DNA of 64,000 nucleotides from sequence record MK817115.1; one strand, given 5' to 3'. Under the pieces are notes generated by a model. That model did no database searches, was not told the origin of the DNA, and was given only the letters and a program-made list of their open reading frames with translations. The stretch comes from Escherichia phage vB_EcoM_phAPEC6. Shown here one piece after another: positions 30,472 through 40,654 of the stretch (position 1 is its first letter; every line of letters begins with the position of its first letter). The translations under genes and the position numbers were made by a program.

Positions 30472-30665
30472 TCCTCAAGATGCATGTAGTACATAAACAT
30501 CGCCAACCATATAAAAAACCCGAAACAACGAAGTAAAATATCAATTGTTGGATCTGTCCCACCATTAACTTGGTAAACGATTACTGGGATTAAAGCAATA
30601 GTAATAGACACAGCACATAAGATGAATGCAACAAACACCTCAAACATAAACTTAATCGTTTCCAT
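30468..30665 (-). CDS. hypothetical small membrane protein (65 aa)
   Basis: Two hydrophobic helices. Confidence 0.5.
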   Translation of the reverse strand: METIKFMFEVFVAFILCAVSITIALIPVIVYQVNGGTDPTIDILLRCFGFFIWLAMFMYYMHLED

Positions 30666-31224
30666 TATTATCCTTCAATGTGTAGTGTAGTACATCTAAA
30701 AAGTTATACATTGATTCATTACGCACAACCTTGATTGTTAAATTACGACAACCCAACATACGTTTGAGGCGACGCTTCACCGCAGTTAAATCATGTGTAC
30801 TATTCGTATACAGACCATTAACCTGACCTGGAACAGTTGGCACATGAAGAATGTAATCATAATTCATTAGTAAGCGTTGATTATATTTCTTTAATGCTTG
30901 CTTGTATTCTGAAATATTTTCAAAGAATGTACAATAACGGTCGTAACGATTCATTTTATTCAAAATTGAAATACGAAAAGCGTTACCACTATTCCAATCA
31001 TCTTCAGTTGGGTTTGGGTTGATATGTGCCATGTTAGCTGTACTGTACCCACCACTTGTGAAAACTTCAGAATATCCATTCTCAAAAACATACAATGTTG
31101 CTTTGTGGCCTCTGAATTCTTTACGGTACTTTGACAGTACTTGGATGTGATTACGCTTGGACTTGTACATTTCGTAACCTTCATAATCTGAACTGAATTC
31201 ACAAATTTTATCAACACCAGCCAT
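30652..31224 (-). CDS. hypothetical protein (190 aa)
   Basis: ORF in track. Confidence 0.6.
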   Translation of the reverse strand: MAGVDKICEFSSDYEGYEMYKSKRNHIQVLSKYRKEFRGHKATLYVFENGYSEVFTSGGYSTANMAHINPNPTEDDWNSGNAFRISILNKMNRYDRYCTFFENISEYKQALKKYNQRLLMNYDYILHVPTVPGQVNGLYTNSTHDLTAVKRRLKRMLGCRNLTIKVVRNESMYNFLDVLHYTLKDNNGND

Positions 31225-31424
31225 TTCGTATATCCTCGTTTAATTAATATAGGAGTATTATACATACTCCATTTTCATGTGTCAAGCTTTATAATACGGA
31301 AGACTTTTTACTAAAGATTCAGACGTATTATTTTTTACCCATGTACTACCGTTGTCATTAGATACGTATCCAGTACCATTAATAAATTTACGCATAATAC
31401 CAGTAAAAATATTAGTATACACCA

Positions 31425-31622
31425 TTACTCAGTATCCTTTGGTTTAGAATGTAAACCATACTTTTCATCATAACGATCATAGGTAGTACCATTAGTACTA
31501 GCTTTGATGCTTTCAGTACGATTGATTGGTTCAATCTTAACACCACGATAACCAATCTCTTCTTTAAATTGTTCCCATGATTCACGTAAACTCATTTTAG
31601 CCCCTTTTGTTATTTCATACAC
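31425..31622 (-). CDS. hypothetical small protein (65 aa; possibly 56 aa from internal Met)
   Basis: ORF; internal Met preceded by SD-like AAAGGGG. Confidence 0.45.
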   Translation of the reverse strand: MYEITKGAKMSLRESWEQFKEEIGYRGVKIEPINRTESIKASTNGTTYDRYDEKYGLHSKPKDTE

Positions 31623-31753
31623 TCACGTAGGTCAATCTTTTCAACTGAACCACCGAGTACTAGATAGTGAAAATTAGAATCTTTGTTTGCCATATTCAAA
31701 AGATCTGCTTTCTGTTGAAGCGTAAAGCGTGAAGTACTGTTACGTACTGGCAT
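31610..31753 (-). CDS. hypothetical mini-protein (47 aa)
   Basis: Hand-translated ORF with strong SD AAGGAG. Confidence 0.35.
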   Translation of the reverse strand: MPVRNSTSRFTLQQKADLLNMANKDSNFHYLVLGGSVEKIDLRECMK

Positions 31754-31755
31754 AG

Positions 31756-32199
31756 TTACTCCTTAAAGTAGATATCACGAATTTGTTTAATCATCTCTAA
31801 CTCTTGAAGTCCTATCATACCAAAGTCTTCTTGTATTGTCAACTGCTGAAAGTACATTTCTTCTAAATTATTGTACGGAATCTCAACAAGATTCAAAGGC
31901 TCACTTTCCACACGATAAATTGTATCTTGTACATCATGCTTTTCGATATGAATACTAAATGTATCTTTTTGAATTCTAAATTTATAAAATGTTTGATTTG
32001 TTGTAAACAAACCAACTTTAGGATGGAATCCCATTTGAATACACAAACAATCTTCATCCTTATATTTCAAGTATATAGCTTTTGACGTTGCTAGTACTTT
32101 AGATTTTGGGAAATAAAAATCACCCATCAGCTTCTGACGTTTCCAGTCCTCATATACAACTGGATGCTTAACCTTCTTCAATTGGTGCAGTACTGTCAT
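31756..32199 (-). CDS. EE-x-FFQ-x-S motif family paralog (147 aa)
   Basis: Contains LEEMYFQQLTIQEDFG. Confidence 0.6.
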   Translation of the reverse strand: MTVLHQLKKVKHPVVYEDWKRQKLMGDFYFPKSKVLATSKAIYLKYKDEDCLCIQMGFHPKVGLFTTNQTFYKFRIQKDTFSIHIEKHDVQDTIYRVESEPLNLVEIPYNNLEEMYFQQLTIQEDFGMIGLQELEMIKQIRDIYFKE

Positions 32200-32579
32200 A
32201 GTTTTTTCCAGTCCAATGAATCGAAATCGATTTGTTCAGGATTATCAACAGCGACAACTCGTGCATTATGAAGAGTTTCAAAGTAGCCGTTCCACGGTGT
32301 ACGTACTGGAATTTTTTCATCTCCAATTTTTACAAAGAAAGAGAATTCACATGACATTGGATCAAACCATTCTTTATGTTTGGCTTCATCGATTATTGTC
32401 GCACGTTCGTTACTATATGCATCATCGAGTTTCTTAAAGAATACCCAATGCTCTTTCAAAGACTGTAATGCTACAACTGCCTCATCCTTTGATTCCCATT
32501 GAACATCCAATGTATTGGTAACTGAATCTTCAGTTTCAGTGTCCCCTGTAGTGTAATGTACTTCAATGCTGTATTTCAT
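32196..32579 (-). CDS. hypothetical protein (127 aa)
   Basis: ORF in track; lacks family motif. Confidence 0.55.
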   Translation of the reverse strand: MKYSIEVHYTTGDTETEDSVTNTLDVQWESKDEAVVALQSLKEHWVFFKKLDDAYSNERATIIDEAKHKEWFDPMSCEFSFFVKIGDEKIPVRTPWNGYFETLHNARVVAVDNPEQIDFDSLDWKKL

Positions 32580-33034
32580 TAATCATCGCCTTTTAATAAT
32601 TTACAAATTTCAATCATATGATAATAACATGTATTCCAAAATTGTCCATTAGTACTTCCAACATCATGCACAGTACTTTGTTGGAAAACATATTCATCGT
32701 TGAACATCATTTTAATATCATCAATGTAAAATTCTGGTTTTGAATCATTATTGTATTCAATACTCGTTTCACCATCTGGATCAAGTGAAATTGATGATAT
32801 GTCGTGAATTCCTCTCGGATTTGTTGGATAAATTCTCAACGTAAGAGGATAGAAGTCTGGATCGGTTTCATAAGTATATTCGATTATGTAATAACCATCA
32901 CCAGTAATTGATTGATATTTAAATGTAGTTTCAATTGAATTTGAGATGTTAAATCCCAGTTTCTTTATCTCATGTAGATGTGATAATATTTTATGTAAAG
33001 ATCCTAAAACATGAATCAAATTATCAATTTTCAT
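32579..33034 (-). CDS. EE-x-FFQ-x-S motif family paralog (151 aa)
   Basis: Contains NDEYVFQQSTVHDVGS. Confidence 0.6.
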   Translation of the reverse strand: MKIDNLIHVLGSLHKILSHLHEIKKLGFNISNSIETTFKYQSITGDGYYIIEYTYETDPDFYPLTLRIYPTNPRGIHDISSISLDPDGETSIEYNNDSKPEFYIDDIKMMFNDEYVFQQSTVHDVGSTNGQFWNTCYYHMIEICKLLKGDD

Positions 33035-33573
33035 TTACGATCCTTTGAAAAGTTCAGTTTAAAAGTTTTACCAAATTCCATTGTAGCTTTATCCAGATTG
33101 TTAATATTTTCTTTCAACATTTCTTGCATCTTCCTAATACTTTCAATCCAGGCTTCTTCTTCGATACGAAGAATTGGTCGCAATCGTTCCTGAATATCGT
33201 TAAAACGTGTATTGAGTTCAACCAATGATTCATATGTGAAATCTTTCATATCGATAATAGTACTTCTTTGAAAGAATTCTTCTTCAGACAAATTACTTAA
33301 AATGATTTTATCACGACCAATAGATAATGTCAATTCATCATCTTTATTTTTTTTAATTACAATACTAACAGGTGTTTTTAATGTAATGCAAATATCATGA
33401 TTATTAAATGTTTCAGTTTGGTTTGACATTCTGAATTGAAGTTTCCCAGATAAAGCATGTACTGGTGATGGTTTCTTTTTACCAGTAATAACATCTTCCC
33501 ATGAATCGAGAATATTATTAATAATTTTAACATAAGGAATTGGCATATATGCACCTATGAAAAATCCACGCAA
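33031..33573 (-). CDS. EE-x-FFQ-x-S motif family paralog with C-terminal extension (180 aa)
   Basis: Contains SEEEFFQRSTIIDMKDFT followed by about 70 further residues. Confidence 0.6.
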   Translation of the reverse strand: MRGFFIGAYMPIPYVKIINNILDSWEDVITGKKKPSPVHALSGKLQFRMSNQTETFNNHDICITLKTPVSIVIKKNKDDELTLSIGRDKIILSNLSEEEFFQRSTIIDMKDFTYESLVELNTRFNDIQERLRPILRIEEEAWIESIRKMQEMLKENINNLDKATMEFGKTFKLNFSKDRK

Positions 33574-33588
33574 TGCGTGGATTTGTAA

Positions 33589-34119
33589 TTATTCAAGTAT
33601 AGTAATTTCAATTAAACGAATTTCGATAAACTCGTTTTCAGTTTCCCATGACGTGCCAAATTTCTTTTCAAGTTCAGATTTCACATCACTTTTAAATTTT
33701 CCCATAGTATTAGGAATAATTTGTTTGGTTAATTTGTCGTAACCACAATAAAACATAGGTTTCTCCCTTCGAGATATTAGCTGAACAAAATCTTTTGGAT
33801 ATGCAGGTATGTTATGCATCACTTCATGAATACACTCAGTACTTGAATCTTGTACTTTGTACATTACATTAAGTTTACCTCTGAAATTTGCGGTCATATC
33901 AACAATAGTTCCTTTACCCGATTTAAGTAAAGTTCCATTCTTTGAATGAGAGCAATAAAATACCTCATCACCAATATTAGGATAATACAAATTAAATTCT
34001 AATTCAGATTTTACAGCCAGCCGTTTGAAACTTTCTGTACGTTTTATATAAGTTTGGTATTTGTTTATGTTCAAAAGAATATCTCTCTTAGTAAATGTGA
34101 TATAACTGGCATAGTCCAT
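33589..34119 (-). CDS. hypothetical protein (176 aa)
   Basis: ORF in track. Confidence 0.55.
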   Translation of the reverse strand: MDYASYITFTKRDILLNINKYQTYIKRTESFKRLAVKSELEFNLYYPNIGDEVFYCSHSKNGTLLKSGKGTIVDMTANFRGKLNVMYKVQDSSTECIHEVMHNIPAYPKDFVQLISRREKPMFYCGYDKLTKQIIPNTMGKFKSDVKSELEKKFGTSWETENEFIEIRLIEITILE

Positions 34120-34931
34120 CCATTCCCAAGCATTTTGTATGCTTGTGTCTTACTAGACACTTTAAAGAAATCTTCAGGAACACCCTGTAATTTACAACAT
34201 TCTACTACACTTAAGTGTCTATAGTCAATATTTCTTTTGCCATTCTCTAATAGATATTGACGACTGATCACTGGGTCACGAAACACCAATTGTCGTCTGG
34301 ATTTATTAAAGTACTGGTTACAATCACCACCTTTAAAATAGTTAGCATCTATACAGTACGAAGCGGTTCTGTCAGTGTACCAACCATCTTCAATAATATC
34401 TTGAAGTTTAGGTGCATTGGATAATGCAGGTGGTATAAAAAGCTTATCAGTACTGTACCAGTAATATCTCTGCCTGAAGTGAGGCGTATAATGCTGGGAG
34501 TTTATCAGTACTGGCGTGATTCCTAAAATACTATTAATGTATTCTTTGAAATCTTCCTTCATTTTAACATTTTCAAACAGAAATTTCAAGTTAGGATTGA
34601 GACTTTTGATATGATCAAAAATTTCAACCATTACTAAAAATAACTGCCCACGTATATCATTTAAACCACCCTGTTTACCTGCAACTGACCAGGCTTGGCA
34701 TGGGAAACCACCCATTAATAAATCTATTTTGTCCCACTCAATATCCCATTCTCTCCACTTAGTTACATCACCCAATTGGATAATATCAGGAAAGTTAGAT
34801 TGAGATTCAGCTATTGCGTACTTATCAATTTCGGATGAATAATATTTTTCAACTGGGATACCCGCATCTTGCAATGCCATATATCCCACACTCATTCCAT
34901 TAAAAAGAGAAAGTACTCGGATAGGTTTCAT
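34071..34931 (-). CDS. DNA (cytosine-5)-methyltransferase (286 aa)
   Basis: C5-MTase motifs: LFNGMSVG (motif I-like), GGFPCQAWS (catalytic PCQ), FLFENV, C-terminal GNGW. Confidence 0.75.
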   Translation of the reverse strand: MKPIRVLSLFNGMSVGYMALQDAGIPVEKYYSSEIDKYAIAESQSNFPDIIQLGDVTKWREWDIEWDKIDLLMGGFPCQAWSVAGKQGGLNDIRGQLFLVMVEIFDHIKSLNPNLKFLFENVKMKEDFKEYINSILGITPVLINSQHYTPHFRQRYYWYSTDKLFIPPALSNAPKLQDIIEDGWYTDRTASYCIDANYFKGGDCNQYFNKSRRQLVFRDPVISRQYLLENGKRNIDYRHLSVVECCKLQGVPEDFFKVSSKTQAYKMLGNGWTMPVISHLLREIFF

Positions 34932-34983
34932 ATAAAATCCTTTTTATATTGTTAAGGTACTATAATATATTATAGCATCTTAT

Positions 34984-35274
34984 TTAGAAATCTTCCAAAC
35001 TTTTTTCATCACACCATCGTGATGTACAGATGATTGCAGATGCCAGAATTGAAGCACTTGCACGTCCTCCACCGAGTAAATACTGGCTAATTACGCCAAT
35101 CATATTGAACACTTTATCATACTCGGTTAGTTGTTCAAAACCTTTCTTCCAATGCTGATATTCTTCTTCTGTGACATTAAACTCACCATCAAGTTCCTTT
35201 AAAATCTTTTTAAGCACAGCACTATGTTCACTCATCATCATCTCCATATCGTTCGTCATAAAAATCATCATCAC
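34984..35274 (-). CDS. hypothetical protein (96 aa)
   Basis: ORF in track. Confidence 0.5.
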   Translation of the reverse strand: MMMIFMTNDMEMMMSEHSAVLKKILKELDGEFNVTEEEYQHWKKGFEQLTEYDKVFNMIGVISQYLLGGGRASASILASAIICTSRWCDEKSLEDF

Positions 35275-35313
35275 GATCTAATGGTTCTTTTGGCTTTTCA
35301 GACATATATTTCC

Positions 35314-35574
35314 TCACATGGTAAAGGTATTATCACCATCCATATCTTCATCAGTTGCTTCAGCTAATGTCTTGATTGTAAGTAATCCACGCTTCACGTA
35401 CAACATGAAGACCTTTTCATAATTACCAAACATAATCTCAGGTGACATGTAATTCTCTGTTACAATGACGATTGGACGGCCCTGTGAAAGCATACGAAAC
35501 ATAGTACGATATTTGTCAAATGTGCGAAATTCATCCATGTTCATCATGTGGCGTTTACGAACTACTTTAGTCAT
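35314..35574 (-). CDS. hypothetical protein (86 aa)
   Basis: ORF in track. Confidence 0.5.
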   Translation of the reverse strand: MTKVVRKRHMMNMDEFRTFDKYRTMFRMLSQGRPIVIVTENYMSPEIMFGNYEKVFMLYVKRGLLTIKTLAEATDEDMDGDNTFTM

Positions 35575-35588
35575 CTTATTACCTTTAG

Positions 35589-36029
35589 TTAATTGAACTC
35601 TACTTCTGGATAATGATTATAGAACATCTCACGAACTGCGTCAAGATGTTCTTGAAATTGTTTTATATCTTCTAATGATGGTGCATCAATAACAGTACTA
35701 AGTTGAAACAACGATTCTTCTGTGTTATATAGTGACATATCAAATGAATTATTGTTGTCATCAGTTATGATATTATCACAAATTTCGTAAGTGTCAATAC
35801 AAACATCATCAAGTGTTGTATTATCATATACAGTGTATACGAATACAAAAATAAAAGAAGAATGTTCTTTACCATAACGCGGTGGGTCATATGTCACATA
35901 GCATTTGTGATCAAATGTATCGAGTTCCATAGACACCACCCCAGCTTCACGATATTCATTAGTTTCACTGGTAAGATCCGGTATTGATGTTATCGAAAGT
36001 AAGTGGAGAAATTTACTTGGATTTAGCAT
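35589..36029 (-). CDS. EE-x-FFQ-x-S motif family paralog (146 aa)
   Basis: Contains TEESLFQLSTVIDAPSLEDI. Confidence 0.65.
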   Translation of the reverse strand: MLNPSKFLHLLSITSIPDLTSETNEYREAGVVSMELDTFDHKCYVTYDPPRYGKEHSSFIFVFVYTVYDNTTLDDVCIDTYEICDNIITDDNNNSFDMSLYNTEESLFQLSTVIDAPSLEDIKQFQEHLDAVREMFYNHYPEVEFN

Positions 36030-36484
36030 TTCACCACCATTGGATTTTGCGACTGTATATTAAAAAGGGATAATACAAAAGTACTCAATTTTTCGAAACA
36101 ATCTACTAATACATTTAACTCATCATAACTAACACCAATTTCACGAATAAGCGATTGTTGAAAGAATCCTTCTTCGGTTAACGTTAAACTACTAACCTCA
36201 GTTATGTTATAATAACTTTGGGATGTTGTGGTTGATATTAGTTGTATTGAAATCGTATCTGATGTTGTGTTGTACAGATATAAATATTTTGTTTTTCTTT
36301 CCAATGGATCTATACATGAAAGATCGATCATGTCATAGGTTTTTCCAATAAAAATATTACAATCATCTGACAATTCACAACAAATGCGTATATGTTCTTT
36401 CGGGTCATGAACACGTTGTGTGTCAAATTCACATGACATTGCAATTTCAAAATGATTTTTTATTTCGTCAACATTCATCTGCAC
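36023..36484 (-). CDS. EE-x-FFQ-x-S motif family paralog (153 aa)
   Basis: Contains TEEGFFQQSLIREIGVS. Confidence 0.65.
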   Translation of the reverse strand: MQMNVDEIKNHFEIAMSCEFDTQRVHDPKEHIRICCELSDDCNIFIGKTYDMIDLSCIDPLERKTKYLYLYNTTSDTISIQLISTTTSQSYYNITEVSSLTLTEEGFFQQSLIREIGVSYDELNVLVDCFEKLSTFVLSLFNIQSQNPMVVKC

Positions 36485-36852
36485 CCACCATTAATTCTTA
36501 TATTTGTATAGTTTAATGCTTTTTTAATAATACCAATTTCTGTAATTCCTATTACATTTTTCTCAATCAATGACAATTGGAATAGTTCCTCTTCGGAAAT
36601 ATCAATACTGTGGATTCTTGTACAATAATCGTTGAAGTCATATACATATCGTATTGTATAGTCGTTTATAGAAACTGATACAATTGCAATCCCATCATGG
36701 ATGTAAGTTAGTTCATTTGAGTATCTATTAAAAATTAACCTATCTGGTGAACCTATTGGTAGTTGAAATGTATTTCTAGTATCTTGAACAATAACAAAAT
36801 CATCATCTATATTTCTACTCAGAACACCCAAAATATCATATATAGTAGTCAT
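36475..36852 (-). CDS. EE-x-FFQ-x-S motif family paralog (125 aa)
   Basis: Contains SEEELFQLSLIEKNVIGIT. Confidence 0.65.
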   Translation of the reverse strand: MTTIYDILGVLSRNIDDDFVIVQDTRNTFQLPIGSPDRLIFNRYSNELTYIHDGIAIVSVSINDYTIRYVYDFNDYCTRIHSIDISEEELFQLSLIEKNVIGITEIGIIKKALNYTNIRINGGCR

Positions 36853-36853
36853 G

Positions 36854-37258
36854 TTATTCTTTACCTTCAGCAGTTCTGATAATTTTCATAACTTCTCTGG
36901 ATAGTGCGTATATTTTTTTATAGTACTCAAATGTAACTGAACCAAAATCATTAATAGTACTAGCCATGAAGAACGATTCTTCTGTATATAGTTCATTTGA
37001 CAAAGCAACCAGTTCTTGGTGAAATTTTGCGTCCTTCCAATAACGAAATTCAAAAACAAATTGTCCGTCATGACCGACTCTACAACATTCAGAACGATCA
37101 CTGTCTACACAGCTAAACACAATATCCCTTTCAGAGTCGTACCAGATATTTCCAATATTTGTTTCAATAACAGCATAATCAATTTTTTTAGAATTTGGAA
37201 TTAAACCTTTTTTCACCAGCACTAAACTGGTATTATCAATATCTAGTAAACTTACCAT
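36854..37258 (-). CDS. EE-x-FFQ-x-S motif family paralog (134 aa)
   Basis: Contains TEESFFMASTINDFGSVT. Confidence 0.65.
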   Translation of the reverse strand: MVSLLDIDNTSLVLVKKGLIPNSKKIDYAVIETNIGNIWYDSERDIVFSCVDSDRSECCRVGHDGQFVFEFRYWKDAKFHQELVALSNELYTEESFFMASTINDFGSVTFEYYKKIYALSREVMKIIRTAEGKE

Positions 37259-37259
37259 A

Positions 37260-37670
37260 TCAATTCCCCATTACTAAAGTGTTTTTAATCTCCAACAATT
37301 CACTATACATATTCTTCAATTGTAATATATCTTCAAAAGTAATACCACCAAGATCATCAACTAATGAACGTTGGAATAAAGATTCACTTGTTTGTAATGT
37401 ATCTAAATCGGTGATTTTTAATAAAGAACTTGGATTAAGTGTTTCGACTAGTAGTATGTTTTTGTATGGTACATATGTGATCTTGATGTTCTTTTTATAA
37501 TTAATCTTATAAAATCGCATAATTGACGATTCATCACTTAGTTGGATAATTGGGTCGTCTTGATCATTAGACCACCATACAGTACTAGTCATATGATTGA
37601 CGTGGTGGTTCAATTCTGATATGTCCAAATCTAAAAAATATTTTAGTTCATTGTGTAAATCTAAACTCAT
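37260..37670 (-). CDS. EE-x-FFQ-x-S motif family paralog (136 aa)
   Basis: Contains TSESLFQRSLVDDLGGIT. Confidence 0.65.
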   Translation of the reverse strand: MSLDLHNELKYFLDLDISELNHHVNHMTSTVWWSNDQDDPIIQLSDESSIMRFYKINYKKNIKITYVPYKNILLVETLNPSSLLKITDLDTLQTSESLFQRSLVDDLGGITFEDILQLKNMYSELLEIKNTLVMGN

Positions 37671-37725
37671 AAATTTATCCTCAATGCAGCATCATCATGT
37701 ATTGTAGGATAAACCCACAATAATG

Positions 37726-38121
37726 TCAAGATGTGAAATAATTATACCAGTAATATAGTTCTTTTAATTCTTCAGTACTGAACAATACTTCTTCTATTGT
37801 AGATTGTTGAAAGTGATATTCATCATTTAGATACATAGAAATATTACTATATACTTTCCTATTGTATTGACATAAAAAAGAAGTTTTTTGATTAATGTAT
37901 TCAGTAAATGTTAATTTATCTAACTCAATATCGAATGATAATTTAATAATATGACTATTATCATTTACATACATTAGTTTCTTTGAAAAATGATCAATTG
38001 TAATATATTCTTTATGAGAGAACTGAAATATATTATTAAATTTATTACCATTTGTGCTTCTAAATTTTTCAAGGTAATAAGAAAGTGGTTTAATTATTGA
38101 AGTTCCAATATTGTTCTTCAT
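37726..38121 (-). CDS. EE-x-FFQ-x-S motif family paralog (131 aa)
   Basis: Contains NDEYHFQQSTIEEVLFS. Confidence 0.6.
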   Translation of the reverse strand: MKNNIGTSIIKPLSYYLEKFRSTNGNKFNNIFQFSHKEYITIDHFSKKLMYVNDNSHIIKLSFDIELDKLTFTEYINQKTSFLCQYNRKVYSNISMYLNDEYHFQQSTIEEVLFSTEELKELYYWYNYFTS

Positions 38122-38139
38122 ATATCCTCAATTTTAGAT

Positions 38140-38165
38140 AAGAAAAATGCCCCGAAGATCGGGGC
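38140..38165 (-). terminator. rho-independent terminator
   Basis: GC-rich 7-bp hairpin gccccga/tcggggc followed on minus strand by T-rich run. Confidence 0.65.
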
Positions 38166-38281
38166 AGTACTAAAATGATTTTGTACCAAAAGGGGAATAA
38201 GAACAAAATGAAAATATAATAACGCATCATTATTATGTAAGGGAGGAAAGTAACATGATATGTTAACCATTTCTGGTATAT

Positions 38282-38833
38282 TTATTTATCATTTAATTCT
38301 TTAAGTTGGGTTTGTATATCTTTAGTTATATTTCGAATTTTCTTAAAGCAATAAACACTATCGTCCAATTCGATTTTAAGTTCATGTGTAAATGCATACA
38401 GAAGTTCAGCAAATACTAAATCTTGACGCATCCAGTTTCCATCTTTATATAAAGTCATTACACAATATGGGCATTCACTATTAGAAGTTTGCTTTCCAAT
38501 AAAAACACTTTGAATTGATTCATGCTTAAAGCCAATAAAACTTTCATTTATTTTTTTAATTTCAGTACTGATATCGAATTTAGCACTGGTGTTGATTGCA
38601 AAAATTTTATTCCCACTTTCATCAGTATTGATATTGAGTTCAATATCACTACCTAGTTTACGTACTGCTAGAGTATAAAGAAGTAATTCATACATGTCGT
38701 AACTTGTTACATTACCATTTGGTGCAATTACATCAACACTAACACCGTGCATTTTTACTTCTGTATTAAATCCATCTTTATCAGAAAGAAAATCAGTGAT
38801 TTGCTTTGTAAGGATTTTAATTTGGTCTATCAT
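38282..38833 (-). CDS. hypothetical protein (183 aa)
   Basis: ORF ending at terminator 38140..38165. Confidence 0.6.
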   Translation of the reverse strand: MIDQIKILTKQITDFLSDKDGFNTEVKMHGVSVDVIAPNGNVTSYDMYELLLYTLAVRKLGSDIELNINTDESGNKIFAINTSAKFDISTEIKKINESFIGFKHESIQSVFIGKQTSNSECPYCVMTLYKDGNWMRQDLVFAELLYAFTHELKIELDDSVYCFKKIRNITKDIQTQLKELNDK

Positions 38834-38886
38834 ATTTCATTTCCTTATGTGATAAAAGCCTCCATAATGGAGGCTTTTGTATTTAC

Positions 38887-39315
38887 TTAGAGAGATTCTT
38901 CGTATTCAGCAACAATCTCAACCATTTCATTAATGAACTTGATGTGAGAATGTGTCACTGTACGGAAGTCGTAAACAAGTGACTGTTGGAAAAATACATC
39001 TTCATCAAGAGAACCATCAAAGTTCAAATCAATGTTTTCATCGTCATTGCTTGGTGCAACTTTAATATTCAGAAGATTTTCATCAACTGCAAGTTTTACA
39101 ACACAACCCAGTGCAATGGCAAGAACATATGCTGGTTTCTTAGCTTTTTCATTACGGAATGGTGCACGTAGAGCACAAAAAGTACTGCTAATCTCATCAT
39201 TTGGTTCTTTGTATTTAACATTGACCATTAGTTCTTCGATTTTGACGCTCTCAATAACACGACCAGTTTCTGGAGCGAAGAAAGAATGTTCACGGATAGT
39301 TTGTTCGATATTCAT
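38887..39315 (-). CDS. EE-x-FFQ-x-S motif family paralog (142 aa)
   Basis: Contains DEDVFFQQSLVYDFRTVT. Confidence 0.6.
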   Translation of the reverse strand: MNIEQTIREHSFFAPETGRVIESVKIEELMVNVKYKEPNDEISSTFCALRAPFRNEKAKKPAYVLAIALGCVVKLAVDENLLNIKVAPSNDDENIDLNFDGSLDEDVFFQQSLVYDFRTVTHSHIKFINEMVEIVAEYEESL

Positions 39316-39318
39316 ATA

Positions 39319-39513
39319 TTATTCCTTATTTAGATTGCTAAAAATACGAAGATTGCGGTTTGCTTTAAACTGTTTCAAATCACCAAATCTATCATCAACG
39401 ATGAAAGTTGCTGATTTCTTTGACTGACATATTGTACAAATCAACATACCTTGTATTGTATACTCAGTTGAGCAATTTGTACAGTACTTTTTTTCATAAA
39501 GTTCAGTACTCAT
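39319..39513 (-). CDS. small zinc-ribbon protein (64 aa)
   Basis: Two Cys pairs CTNCS ... CTICQ. Confidence 0.5.
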   Translation of the reverse strand: MSTELYEKKYCTNCSTEYTIQGMLICTICQSKKSATFIVDDRFGDLKQFKANRNLRIFSNLNKE

Positions 39514-39845
39514 AAAACCTTCACATCAGTACGTTTTTCTCTTTGTTCTTTTTTAACCTCATCAGTTCTAGTATCTTCTAATTGTAACACAACTTCTTTT
39601 AGAATGTCAACATCAATTGTTGCTTCTACATATTGATAGTCGTTTACACCAAAAACATACTTTACTGCAACCCATACACGGTTATACCATTTTAAAAAAG
39701 GATTTAAACGCATACTTATCAGACATTGACCAAGTTTATCATCTCCATATTCCTCTGTCAAGTCAAATTGTGCAATGTGAACGCAATGCTCCATTTTATC
39801 GCCACAAGAACAACGTAAAATATACTCTTTACTATCTTCACTCAT
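39510..39845 (-). CDS. hypothetical Cys/His-containing protein (111 aa)
   Basis: CSCGDKMEHCVH near N-terminus. Confidence 0.5.
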   Translation of the reverse strand: MSEDSKEYILRCSCGDKMEHCVHIAQFDLTEEYGDDKLGQCLISMRLNPFLKWYNRVWVAVKYVFGVNDYQYVEATIDVDILKEVVLQLEDTRTDEVKKEQREKRTDVKVL

Positions 39846-40264
39846 ACTGGATAAGCCTTTAAAAATTGTTTAAGAACTCCAAACTTAGATGAATCGTAAT
39901 CGTATTGATAGTTAAGCTCTCGCTTATCATTCATACGATACACCATATGAAAATTTGGATAACCAATTCTAACAGGTTTTTTAGGATTAGCAAGTAAAAT
40001 TGCCCATTCTTTTACAGGAAATACGTTTTCAGACAGCATTTTGATATTTGTTTCAAAATACTTCATGGCTTGCTTTCCGTGCTTGTAATCTTCTTCACTA
40101 ATCTCTTGACAATCAATTCTATGTGTTTCGGTATCTAACACCCATTGTTGATCTTCGGTATATAAATCAATTACATCATCAATAGTATAACTATCAGGTA
40201 AATCATAAAATACCCAATGAGATAAACCAGAACTTACACCAATTCGAATTTTAAAGAACTTCAT
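39842..40264 (-). CDS. hypothetical protein (140 aa)
   Basis: ORF in track. Confidence 0.55.
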   Translation of the reverse strand: MKFFKIRIGVSSGLSHWVFYDLPDSYTIDDVIDLYTEDQQWVLDTETHRIDCQEISEEDYKHGKQAMKYFETNIKMLSENVFPVKEWAILLANPKKPVRIGYPNFHMVYRMNDKRELNYQYDYDSSKFGVLKQFLKAYPV

Positions 40265-40566
40265 TCTTTATCACCTTTTACATAATTATAACACACGACA
40301 CAGTGAATTACAAGAAGAATTATTTCCACAATATTAAGAGACAATACATGACTCTGCGGTGTGAAAAGTGCCAATAACAACATTATAGCAGGTATTGTGA
40401 ATATTTTCCAAGTTTTTTTCATTTTATTCCTTTGTATATGCATATGGTAAAAATAAAACCTCTGCATTAGGAATGCATTGTGCCAATCCTTCAACAATAG
40501 ATTTGTTTTTATTACATTGCCAAACTTTAGTAATTTTATGTCTAAATACTTTTTTATCAACGACAA
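40261..40566 (-). CDS. hypothetical membrane protein (101 aa)
   Basis: Two hydrophobic helices. Confidence 0.45.
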   Translation of the reverse strand: MSLIKKYLDIKLLKFGNVIKTNLLLKDWHNAFLMQRFYFYHMHIQRNKMKKTWKIFTIPAIMLLLALFTPQSHVLSLNIVEIILLVIHCVVCYNYVKGDKE

Positions 40567-40654
40567 TCCAGTACATGTCCATTTTAACAGTACTGTTATC
40601 AGATGGTGTTAGTAAAGTATCGATGTCATATGTATCAAAGATTTTGTCGTTCAT
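40424..40654 (-). CDS. hypothetical small protein (76 aa)
   Basis: ORF overlapping 40261..40566 in another frame; only one is likely fully correct. Confidence 0.35.
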   Translation of the reverse strand: MNDKIFDTYDIDTLLTPSDNSTVKMDMYWIVVDKKVFRHKITKVWQCNKNKSIVEGLAQCIPNAEVLFLPYAYTKE

